This document shows, in pieces, positions 41,175 through 50,184 of a stretch of DNA of 64,000 bases (position 1 is the first letter of the stretch; each line of letters begins with the position of its first letter). The DNA is from an uncultured delta proteobacterium. GTDB taxonomy: Bacteria > Myxococcota_A > UBA9160 > SZUA-336. The stretch lies in assembly GCA_963704165.1 (NCBI GenBank), contig CAVPHD010000012.1, positions 64,001-128,000 on the forward strand, given 5' to 3'. Position numbers and translations under genes: made by a program. The notes beneath the pieces were generated by a model. That model saw only the letters and a program-made list of their open reading frames with translations. It searched no databases and had not been told where the DNA came from.

Positions 41175-42046
41175 GCGGGGCTCCCGACTTCGCGCGCGCG
41201 CGCGAACGCGGCGGCGGCGGCGCGCCGGGTCAGCACGCCCGAGATCCTGCGGCGGAACTCGACGGTGCCGCGCTTGTCGGCGATCGGCCGCGCGGTCGCC
41301 GAGGCAGCCTCGGCCGCGCGCGATAGAGCCGCATCGTCCCCGCTCGAACCGACGAGTGCCGCCGAAGCTTCGGGAACGAGGAGCACCGTCGGCGCGACGG
41401 CTCCGAGGGCGACACGCGCGTGTGTACAGACGCCGCGCGCATCGAGGCGGACCGAGACGCCCGCGCCGACCACCGCGATGTCCATCTCGGTGCGCGGAAT
41501 GAAGCGCAGATACGCATCGGCCGTGCGCGGAGCCGGGCGCGGAATCCGGAACCCGACCAGGATCTCGACGCGCTCGAGCACGTTCACGCCCGGCGCGGTG
41601 TTGAAGCTCTCGACCGGAACGCGCCGCTCTCCGCCGGGCCCGTGAATCACGCACTCGGCACCGACCACGCAGAGCGCCGGAACGGAGTCGGCCGCGGGCG
41701 ACGCGTTGCAGAGGTTCCCACCGACCGAGGCGCGCCCCTGGATCTGCGTCGAGCCGATCAGACCGATCGCCTCGAGCAGGCCCGGCCAGATTCGCGAGAG
41801 CTCCGGATGCTCGGTGATCTGCGCAGCGGGCACCGCCGCGCCGAGCCAGAGATCACCCTCGTCCAGGCGAAGGGTCGTGAGCTCGGGAATGCGCTTCACG
41901 TCGACGAACACGCCCGGCGTCGCGCGACCCGTGCGCATCTGCACGATCAGGTCGGTCCCACCCGCGAGCACCCGTGCGCCGGGCTCGCGCAGAAGCTCGG
42001 TCGCGCGCGACAGCGACGTCGGTGCCTCGTAGCGGATCTCGTCCAT
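41171..42046 (-). CDS. FAD-binding subunit, CoxM-like
   Basis: LAGGTDL, QIQGRASVGGNLCNASPAAD. Confidence 0.95.
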   Translation of the reverse strand: MDEIRYEAPTSLSRATELLREPGARVLAGGTDLIVQMRTGRATPGVFVDVKRIPELTTLRLDEGDLWLGAAVPAAQITEHPELSRIWPGLLEAIGLIGSTQIQGRASVGGNLCNASPAADSVPALCVVGAECVIHGPGGERRVPVESFNTAPGVNVLERVEILVGFRIPRPAPRTADAYLRFIPRTEMDIAVVGAGVSVRLDARGVCTHARVALGAVAPTVLLVPEASAALVGSSGDDAALSRAAEAASATARPIADKRGTVEFRRRISGVLTRRAAAAAFARAREVGSPA

Positions 42047-42061
42047 GGAACTCCCGTTCGA

Positions 42062-42997
42062 TCAGCGAATCGCGATCGGATTGATGATCGCCTGCACCGC
42101 GCCTGCGAACTTCGGCTGCCCGAGCACGAACAGGAACTCGTAGCCCTTGTCCGCCGCGAGCGCGCCGACGTTCATGTTCTCGAGGATGTAGATGCCGTTT
42201 CGCGCGAGCAGGATCTGGTGCACGGGAAACGCCTCTTCGGGATTCTCGAAGGGGATCGCCTCGACGGCCCAGCCGTCCGATCCGACCGCGACCACGCCGA
42301 GCGACGCGAGGTACTCCGCGCCACCCTTCCCGAGGCCCGGCTCCTTCTCGAGGAACGCCTTCGGGTCCTTCTCGGCCATCGACGCGAGCCAGCCCGTGTG
42401 AAGCAGAACCACGTCGCCCTTGCGAATCGGCGTGCCCTGCTTGGCGACGGCTGCCTCGATCTCGGTGCGATTGATCGCGAAGCCCGGCGCCAGATTCGCG
42501 CCCTCGAGCGCGACGATGTCGAGCAGCACGCCGCGCGTGACGATCGGCGGGATCTTGTCGGTCGAGAGCGCGAGCAACCCGTGCGGTCGCAGGAACTCCG
42601 ACTCCTTGTGACCGTTGTAGTAGACGTAGTCGATCCCGAGGTGTCCGAGCCCGTCGATCTGACTGCCGATGCCCATCCAGGTGGCGAGGAAATCGTCGTT
42701 CCCGGTCGCCTTGTTGGTGCCCAGCGGCGTTCCGAAGATGCTCGCCTCGGTGAAGATCTGGAAGTTGCGGGTGCCGTACGCCGGCGTCTCCGGACCGATC
42801 GTCACACCGAGCGCGTAGGTCTTGCCGGTCTTCACGAGCTTTGCGGCTTCGACCACGCCCGCGGCCGAGAGGTTGTTCGCCGCCCCGATGGTGTCGTCCT
42901 TGCCGTACTTCGACGGGTACCAGGGATCGGCGGCGAAAGCGGTGCTCGCGACCGCGGCGATGGCGATGCCTGCGATGGCTCCGAGCGCTCGACTCAT
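42062..42997 (-). CDS. Exported cyclase (kynurenine formamidase-like) family protein
   Basis: Signal peptide; GSQIDGLGH, TRGVLLD, VHQILL, ILEN. Confidence 0.88.
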   Translation of the reverse strand: MSRALGAIAGIAIAAVASTAFAADPWYPSKYGKDDTIGAANNLSAAGVVEAAKLVKTGKTYALGVTIGPETPAYGTRNFQIFTEASIFGTPLGTNKATGNDDFLATWMGIGSQIDGLGHLGIDYVYYNGHKESEFLRPHGLLALSTDKIPPIVTRGVLLDIVALEGANLAPGFAINRTEIEAAVAKQGTPIRKGDVVLLHTGWLASMAEKDPKAFLEKEPGLGKGGAEYLASLGVVAVGSDGWAVEAIPFENPEEAFPVHQILLARNGIYILENMNVGALAADKGYEFLFVLGQPKFAGAVQAIINPIAIR

Positions 42998-43093
42998 GTC
43001 GGATCTCCCTCTCTTCTGTGGTTCCGTGGCCGCCGAACCAGAATGCCACAGAAGCGTCGCGACAATCCGCTCGGGCACCGGTAGGCTGCGACC

Positions 43094-43489
43094 ATGAGCG
43101 AGCGCGAGATCCTCGAGTTGGCCGATCGCTTCTTCGCCGCCATCCCGAAGGGCGACGTCGGGACCGTGCGCGCGATCTACGCCCCGGACGCCGTCATCTG
43201 GCACAACGACGACCAGATCCCGCAGAGCGTCGAGCAGAACCTCCGCGTCTTGTCGTGGGTGGCGAAGAACATCTCGGGTCTGCGCTACGAAGAGATCCGC
43301 CGGCACGTGACGGCTTCGGGATTCGTTCAGCAGCACGTACTCCGGGGCATCGCCCCGAATGGAAAGCCGCTCGAGGTGCCCGCCTGCATCCTGTGTACCG
43401 TGAAGGACGGACGGATCACGCGCCTCGACGAGTATCTCGACTCGGCGCAGGTCGCGGTATTGCGAAGCGACTCAGGAGGTCCGAATTGA
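43094..43489 (+). CDS. SnoaL/NTF2 family protein
   Basis: YAPDAVIWHN, GFVQQH, DGRITRLDEYLD. Confidence 0.88.
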   Translation: MSEREILELADRFFAAIPKGDVGTVRAIYAPDAVIWHNDDQIPQSVEQNLRVLSWVAKNISGLRYEEIRRHVTASGFVQQHVLRGIAPNGKPLEVPACILCTVKDGRITRLDEYLDSAQVAVLRSDSGGPN

Positions 43490-43539
43490 TCCGGAAGCAC
43501 CCGCTCGGCGAGAAGCGAGACTGAGCTCGAAGCCGAACC

Positions 43540-44853
43540 ATGCGCAAGTCACTCGTTCTTCTCGCGATCGTCCCGACCCTCTCCTGTTCGGTCTTGAGCA
43601 ACGTCGGTCGGCAGGTGCAGTCGCTCGTTCCGGGCAACGGTGCCGTGACGCAGGCCGATCTGCGCGCCGCGCTCTTCGATTTCAGCGCAGGATTCGGCGT
43701 GCTCGTGACGGAGGCCGCGGACCGGATCGCGTCACAAACGACCTCGCCGAAGCTTCGCCGGCTCTCGCTGCTCTGGAAGATCCGAATGCCTCCGGCCGTG
43801 CAGCTCGCCGTGAGCGACACGAATCCGCGCACGGGCTACGTCGAGGCGCTCACCGTCGCGGTCGCGCAGCGTCAATACTTCGAGGACGGAGCGGGCAGCT
43901 CGCTCTTCGGGCCACAACAATCGATCGCTCTCGATGCGGCGAAGGAGATCGAGCGCAACGCGCTTCGGCTCGGCGAGTCGTTCCTGCCGCCGGCAAAGCT
44001 CACGGCTCTTCACGCGGACCTCGAGGAGCTGGCGAGAAAGCACCCGCTCCGCGGCGAGTTCCTGCGCGAGAGCATCCAAGCGGGCCTGCAGAAGGCCGAG
44101 ACCGGTGGCGCGTTCGACGACATCATCGGATTGCCGATGGCGCCGTTCCGCGCGATCGCCGGTGTCGAATCCGGCGCGCAGGCGATCCACGAATTCAACG
44201 CCACGGCGGCGCAGTTCACCGAGATCGTCGATCAGCTGCCGCAGCGCATGCGCTGGCAGATGGAGCTGCTCTCCTACGATCTTCAGGAGCAGGGCGGCGT
44301 GCTCGAGCAATCGCTCGGCTCGTTCAACCTGGTGGCGCAGAGCATGGACCGGCTCTCGCTCGCGGCGGAGAGTGCGCCGGAAGACGTGCGCGCTGCCGTC
44401 CACGAGGCCGCGGCAGAGATCGACCAGCGCAACGCGGCGCTGCGGCTCCTGCTCGCGGACTTCCGCGCAGCGCTCACCGAGACCGGCGCGACCGCGAAGG
44501 ACGTCTCCGGTCTGATGGATGCGCTCGAGCGCACGTCCGTGCAGGTGAACCAGGCCGGTGTCGCCTGGAGCGGGCTGGTCTCCGAGCTGAGTGCCCCGGA
44601 CCCGCCGCTGCCTCCGGGTGCGCCGCCGCCGAAGCCGTTCGACATCCTCGACTACGAGAAGACCGCGGTCGCGATCCAGACGACGGCCGCCGACTTGCGC
44701 GCGCTGATGGCCGAGATCGAGCGCACGGGCGATGGCGTCTCGTCGGCGGTCGCGGATCGCTTGCTCCGAAACGCGCTGATCCTGATCGTCGCCTTCTTCG
44801 CGGCTCTGCTCGGCTACCGGTGGCTCGCATCGCGGATCGCGCCAACGCGGTAG
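43540..44853 (+). CDS. Hypothetical helical lipoprotein with C-terminal TM
   Basis: Lipobox-like TLSC at residue 16; helical body; C-terminal ALILIVAFFAALLGYRW. Confidence 0.7.
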   Translation: MRKSLVLLAIVPTLSCSVLSNVGRQVQSLVPGNGAVTQADLRAALFDFSAGFGVLVTEAADRIASQTTSPKLRRLSLLWKIRMPPAVQLAVSDTNPRTGYVEALTVAVAQRQYFEDGAGSSLFGPQQSIALDAAKEIERNALRLGESFLPPAKLTALHADLEELARKHPLRGEFLRESIQAGLQKAETGGAFDDIIGLPMAPFRAIAGVESGAQAIHEFNATAAQFTEIVDQLPQRMRWQMELLSYDLQEQGGVLEQSLGSFNLVAQSMDRLSLAAESAPEDVRAAVHEAAAEIDQRNAALRLLLADFRAALTETGATAKDVSGLMDALERTSVQVNQAGVAWSGLVSELSAPDPPLPPGAPPPKPFDILDYEKTAVAIQTTAADLRALMAEIERTGDGVSSAVADRLLRNALILIVAFFAALLGYRWLASRIAPTR

Positions 44854-44888
44854 ACTCCGGGCTCCCCCGAAACCGCGAGGACACCCCC

Positions 44889-46290
44889 ATGGCCGACGCG
44901 ATTCGCTTCGAAGACCGCATGAGCGACAGCGACGCGCTGATGTGGAACATCGAGAAGGATCCGCTCTTGCGCTCGACGATCGCGGTCGTCTGGATGCTCG
45001 ATCGCTCGCCCGATCGCGCGCGCCTCGAAGCCAAGATCGAACGCGCAACCCGGACGATTCCGCGCCTGCGCCAGCACGTGGTCTCGAATCCGGCGTCGAT
45101 CGCGCCGCCGCGCTGGGAAGCCGATCCGAGCTTCGACCTCCGCTACCACCTGCGCTGGCTGCGCGCGCCCGGTGCAGGGGAGCTGCGCGACGTGCTCGAC
45201 TTCACCTCGCCGGTCGTCATGGCGGGCTTCGATCGGGCGCGACCGCTCTGGGAGCTCTACGTGCTCGACGGCATGAGCGGCGGCCGCGCGGCGCTCGTGA
45301 TGAAACTTCACCACTCGCTCTCGGACGGCGTCGGCCTGGTGCGCATGACGGAGGCGATGGTCGAACGCAAGCCCGAGCCCGGACGCGATCCCGGTCCGCT
45401 GCCGCCGCTCGCGGAATCCCGTCCCGATGACCCAGGGCGAGCGTTTCGTCGACGCGCTCGGTCACGAGTTCCGCCGTCAGCTCGGACGCGTGCAGCGCTC
45501 GATGCGCGCCGGGCGGGCGACGATGCTCGGGCTCGTGCGCGATCCCGCCGGACTCGTGCGCGGGACCGCGGAGTCGGCGGCCTCGGTCGGCCGACTGCTG
45601 CGTCCGGTCTCGGAGCCGCTCTCGCCGATCCTGCGCGGGCGCTCACTGAGTCTTCGGCTCGACACGCTCGCGCTCTCGACCGAGAAGCTCCGCGCCGCGG
45701 CCAAGCTCGTCGACGGCAAGTTGAACGACGCCTTCGTCGCGGGCGTCGCGGGCGGACTGCGGCTCTACCACGAGGCGCACAAGGCACCCGTCGAGAATCT
45801 GCGCATGACCATGCCGATCAACGTCCGCGAGGGCGAGAAGGCGAGGGTCGCGGGCAACCAGTTCGTGCCCGCGCGCTTCTCGGTGCCGGTCGGGATCCGC
45901 GAACCGCGCGAGCGCATGGCGGCGATCCGCGATCTCGTCGCGGGCCAGCGCGCGGAGCCGGCGCTCGCCATGATGGACGACGTCTCGGGCGTGCTGAACC
46001 GCCTGCCCACCGCCGTCACGACGTCGCTTTTCGGCTCGATGCTGAAGGGCGTCGACTTCGTGACCAGCAACGTGCCCGGTCCGCGCTTCGACGTGTACCT
46101 GTCGGGCGCGAAGCTCGAGTCGGTCTTCGGCTTCGGGCCGCTCACCGGCGCGGCGATCAACGTCACGCTCTTCAGCTACACCGATCGATCGCATCTGGGC
46201 ATCGCGAGCGATCCGGCTTCGGTGCCGGATCCGGACCTCCTGATCGCGTGCATGCAAAAGGGCTTCGACGAGGTGCTCACGGGCGTCTGC
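44889..46290 (+). CDS. Wax ester synthase/DGAT; frameshift near 45425, stop codon absent
   Basis: FDLRYH, RPLWE, catalytic HHSLSDG, SNVPGP. Confidence 0.88.
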
Positions 46291-46302
46291 AGGGGAGCTC
46301 GA

Positions 46303-47274
46303 ATGCCACGTCCCTTCCGGTTCGCGGTTCAGTCGTTCAGCGCGTCGTCGGCGAAGGAGTGGCGCGAGCGGGCGAGGAAGGCCGAGGCGATCGGTTATTC
46401 CGCGCTCCACCTCGCCGATCACATCCTCGGGCCGGGCCCGGCGATCGCGAGCACGAACCATCCGATCCAGGAGCTCGCCGCCGTGCCCGCGATGATGATG
46501 GCGGCCGAGGCGACGACACGGCTCCGTGTCGGCTGTCGCGTGTTCGGCGTCGATCACCGCCAGCCCGCGATGCTCGCGAAGGAGGCCGCGACGATCGACC
46601 TGCTCTCGGACGGTCGGCTCGAGCTCGGACTCGGCGCCGGCTGGCTCGCGGCCGAGTACGAGGCAATCGGAATCCGCTTCGACCCGGCACCGGTGCGCAT
46701 CGCGCGGCTCGCGGAGACCGTCGGCGCATTGAAGGCGCTCTTCTCCGGCGAGCAAGTTTCGTACGACGGAAACGACGTCCGCCTCCACGGCTTCGCGGGC
46801 CGACCGATCCCGGTGCAGAAGCCGCACCCTCCGATCATGATCGGAGGCGGCGGACGCCGCGTGCTCTCGCTCGCGGCGAGGCAGGCAGAGATCGTCTCGT
46901 TCAACTTCAACAATCGCGCGGGCGTGATCGGCTCCGACGGCGTCAAGAACTCCACGGCCGACGAAACCGCGCGAAAGGTCGCCTGGGTTCGCGACGCCGC
47001 GGGTGAGCGCTTCGACGCGCTCGAACTCGAGATCGGCGCCTACTTCACCTTCGTCGGCGATCGAGCCCGGGAGATCGCGGGCGGAATGGCCGGCGCGTTC
47101 GGGCTGACGGCCGACGAGATGATGCACCACCCGCACGCGCTCTTCGGCACTCCAGACGCGATCTGCGAAGAGCTCGAGCGACGGCGCGACGCGTACGGAA
47201 TCTCCTACGTCACCGTGCCCGACACCGCGCTCGACGCGTTCGCGCCCGTCGTCGCGAAGCTCACCGGGACGTGA
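46303..47274 (+). CDS. LLM-class probable F420-dependent oxidoreductase (MSMEG_2516-like)
   Basis: RPFRFAV, ADH, LSDGRLELGLGAGW, PPIMIGGGG; SD GGGGAG before ATG 46303. Confidence 0.88.
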   Translation: MPRPFRFAVQSFSASSAKEWRERARKAEAIGYSALHLADHILGPGPAIASTNHPIQELAAVPAMMMAAEATTRLRVGCRVFGVDHRQPAMLAKEAATIDLLSDGRLELGLGAGWLAAEYEAIGIRFDPAPVRIARLAETVGALKALFSGEQVSYDGNDVRLHGFAGRPIPVQKPHPPIMIGGGGRRVLSLAARQAEIVSFNFNNRAGVIGSDGVKNSTADETARKVAWVRDAAGERFDALELEIGAYFTFVGDRAREIAGGMAGAFGLTADEMMHHPHALFGTPDAICEELERRRDAYGISYVTVPDTALDAFAPVVAKLTGT

Positions 47275-48245
47275 GCGGCGGCGCGTCGGGACGCGAGAAC
47301 CGCACGACGAAGCGGAAGATCTCGTCCGCCGCGTCGACCACGTCGGTGTTCGGACCGACGACCCGCTCGGGCAGCACCGATCCGCCGCCGGGCCAACCGT
47401 GTCCCGGGCCCGGTGAGCTTCCAGAGCGCGACGTCGCTGCCGCTCGTGCAGGGCCCGAAGTCGATCCGGACCGCGGTGTGTCCGCCGGCGCTGCGCTTCT
47501 CGATCTCGCGGCCGGCGCCCGTGCAGCCGTCGCGCTCGCGCCAGCGCGCGAGTCCCGCATCGACCGGACGGTGCTCGATCCGCTGATTCGTGAGCGGATT
47601 TCGGGGTCCCGCCCCGCCCGCGTACACCGCACGCGGATCGTCGACGCTGTGCACGTGCAGGACCGCGACGGGGCCCGAAGGCGCGAACGCGAGGGTCATG
47701 TCGGCGCCGGCGACGGGCACGATCGCGGCGATGCGCGGCGCCGCCTCGGCCGCGAGCCGGTACGACATCATCGCGCCGTTCGAGTGCCCGGTCGCGTAGA
47801 CGCGCGTGCGATCGAGCTCGAGGTCGCGAGAGAGATCGGCCAGGATCGCGAGCACGAATCCCACGTCGTCGACGTTCCGCTCCATCGCTCGCGCGCAGCA
47901 CGCGCCCGCGTTCCACGTCAGCAGGCGGCGTTCGAATCGGCCCGAGCCGTTCGGGTAGACGAGCGCGAAGCCGAGCTCGTCGGCTCGAGCGTCGAGCCCC
48001 GCGTACTTCTGGAAGCCCGCGGCGTTGCCGCCGCCACCGTGGAAGGCGAGCAGCACGGGGAGCGGGGAGCGAGCGCGGAAGTCCGGCGGCAGGCGCAGGA
48101 TGAAGCTGCGTTCGAGACCCGCATGCGAGATCTCGAGCTCGTGGTTTCCCGACCGCGAGAACCGCGGGCCCGGCTGCACCGACGACGGCGCGCAGCCGAG
48201 AAAGAGCAGAGCGACGAGCAGCGAACCTGTGAGCGCGCGCGGCAA
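47261..48245 (-). CDS. PHB depolymerase/LpqC-type esterase lipoprotein; frameshift near 47405
   Basis: FLGC lipobox, FHGGGG, WNAGACC, GHSNG, GHGWPGG. Confidence 0.85.
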
Positions 48246-48249
48246 GGAT

Positions 48250-49050
48250 TCAGCGACCGCTGAACTTCGGCTCGCGCTTCTCGAGGAAGCTGCGGATTCC
48301 CTCCTGGAAATCCTGCGAGCGGAAGAGCAGAAGAAGCTGCATCAGCACGTGGTGCGTGTGGGACTCGAAGTCCTCGGTGAGCCCGTGCCGGAAGAGCCGC
48401 TTCATCGCCTTCACGCCGAGCGGCGCGTTCGCGGCGATCTTCTCGGCCCAGCGCTGCACCTCGTCCAGAAGCTGATCGTGCGGAACGACCTTGTTCACCA
48501 GTCCGAGCTCGAGCGCGCGTTCGGGTCCGATGTCGTCGGCGAGGAACGCGATCTCGCAGGCGCGCGCCCAGCCGACCAGGCGCGGCAGGTACCAGGTGCC
48601 GCCGCTCTCCGGCACGATGCCGCGCTTGGCGAACCCGGGCAGGAGCTTCGCGCGATCGCTCATCAGCCGGATGTCGCAACCGAGCGCCAGGTCGAGCCCG
48701 TAGCCGGCGGCCGGCCCGTTCAACGCGCAGAGGATCGGAACGTCTACACGATTCAGCGTCACCGTCGGGATCTCGCGCGTCGAGACGTGCATGGCTCCGC
48801 CCTGCGGCGAGAGGACGCCGGCTCCGCCGATCCCCTGCCCCGACGCCGCGTCCTTCATGTCGAGCCCGCTGCAGAAGCCGCGTCCGGAGCCCGTCACCAC
48901 GATCACGCGCATGTCCGCGTCGCGATCGACCTCGACCAGCGCCGCGCCGAGCGCGTCGAGCATCGGCATGCTGATCGCGTTCATTCGCTCCGGCCGGTTC
49001 AGCGTCAGCCAGGCCGTGTGCCCGCGCTTCTCGAAGAGCAGATCCGCCAT
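48250..49050 (-). CDS. Enoyl-CoA hydratase/isomerase family protein
   Basis: TLNRPERMNA, FCSGLD, NGPAAGYG, EKREPKF. Confidence 0.93.
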   Translation of the reverse strand: MADLLFEKRGHTAWLTLNRPERMNAISMPMLDALGAALVEVDRDADMRVIVVTGSGRGFCSGLDMKDAASGQGIGGAGVLSPQGGAMHVSTREIPTVTLNRVDVPILCALNGPAAGYGLDLALGCDIRLMSDRAKLLPGFAKRGIVPESGGTWYLPRLVGWARACEIAFLADDIGPERALELGLVNKVVPHDQLLDEVQRWAEKIAANAPLGVKAMKRLFRHGLTEDFESHTHHVLMQLLLLFRSQDFQEGIRSFLEKREPKFSGR

Positions 49051-49090
49051 CTCGTTCCTCCTCCAGCGGCGCGAGTATAAGCTGTTGGCG

Positions 49091-49768
49091 ATGAAGACCG
49101 TCGCCGCCCTCGCCGTGCTCTCGCTTCTCCTCGCGCCGAGCTGTCGGCGGCCCGATCCCAGCGCGGGTCCGCGGCTCAAGGCCGATCTCGCCGGGGCTTG
49201 GGTGCGCGATCAGCGCGACGCGCCGGGCGGCGTCGAGGGCTTCGACCTGCGGCCCGGCGGCGGCATCACGCTGATCGGAATCCTGTCGATGAACGCGATC
49301 GCCTGGACCGCCTCGCGAAACGAGCTCGTGATCTCGACGAACACGGACCGTTACGCGGAGCCGAACCCGGTCCGGCTCGAGATCGCATCGCTCGAGAACG
49401 ACGTCCTGACGCTTCGTGCGGATCCTCCGGACTATCTCGCAGGGGTCTGGCATCGGACCGACGCGCGCCGCATCTCGGGCGCGGTGACCTATCTCGAGCC
49501 GACGTCGCTGCCGCCGGACGCGCGCCTCGATTTGCGAGTTCTCCGAGCCGGCGAGCTACTCGCACGCACGCTGGTTTCACCGAAGGGTCCCGTTCCGATC
49601 GCGTTCGAGATCTCGTTCCTCCCGGCGCCGCCGGAGCGCGCGAGCGACGACTCGTTCGAGGCGAGCATCTTCACGAACGACGGCCCGCTCTTCACGACCC
49701 CGCGACCGATTCCGGTACCCGGCGGCGCGAGCGACATCGAGGTCGTCGTCCTGTCCGCGAATCGCTAG
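49091..49768 (+). CDS. Lipoprotein with lipocalin-like and YbaY-like domains
   Basis: LAPSC lipobox; LAGAW..EGFDL; ISGAVTYLE..LPPDA..VPIAFEI. Confidence 0.65.
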   Translation: MKTVAALAVLSLLLAPSCRRPDPSAGPRLKADLAGAWVRDQRDAPGGVEGFDLRPGGGITLIGILSMNAIAWTASRNELVISTNTDRYAEPNPVRLEIASLENDVLTLRADPPDYLAGVWHRTDARRISGAVTYLEPTSLPPDARLDLRVLRAGELLARTLVSPKGPVPIAFEISFLPAPPERASDDSFEASIFTNDGPLFTTPRPIPVPGGASDIEVVVLSANR

Positions 49769-49788
49769 CGGCTGCTATGCTCGCCCGC

Positions 49789-50179
49789 ATGAGCAAACGA
49801 CGGACGATCATCCCCAAGGGCATGGAGTTCTACTACGAGCAGTTCCAGTTCGCGCCGGCCGTTCGGGTGGGCAAGATGGTGTACTGCTCGGGTCAGATCG
49901 GCTGGGCCGGTCCCGGGCAGAAAGTCGTCGAGCGATCCGAAGGAGCAGTTCACGCACGCGTTCGAGAACCTGCGGCGGGTGCTCGAGGCGGCGGGGGCGG
50001 ACTTCGGCGACGTGGTCGAGATCACCACGTTCCACGTCGGCATGGAGCACCTGGCCGTCTTCGGCACCGTGAAGGCCGACTTCCTGAAGGAGCCGTTCCC
50101 GGCGTGGACGGCGATCGGCGTCTCGGAGCTCGCGATTCCCGGCGCGCTCGTCGAGATCCGCGCGACGGCACGGCTCTAG
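49789..50179 (+). CDS. RidA family protein; frameshift near 49932
   Basis: FAPAVRVG..YCSGQIG; FPAWTAIGV..VEI. Confidence 0.85.
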
Positions 50180-50184
50180 CGAAC

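Noticed and set aside
38422..42046. Aerobic CO dehydrogenase (coxMSL order)
   Set aside because: Large subunit has AYRAPG, not the AYxCSFR of form I CODH; no cox accessory genes.
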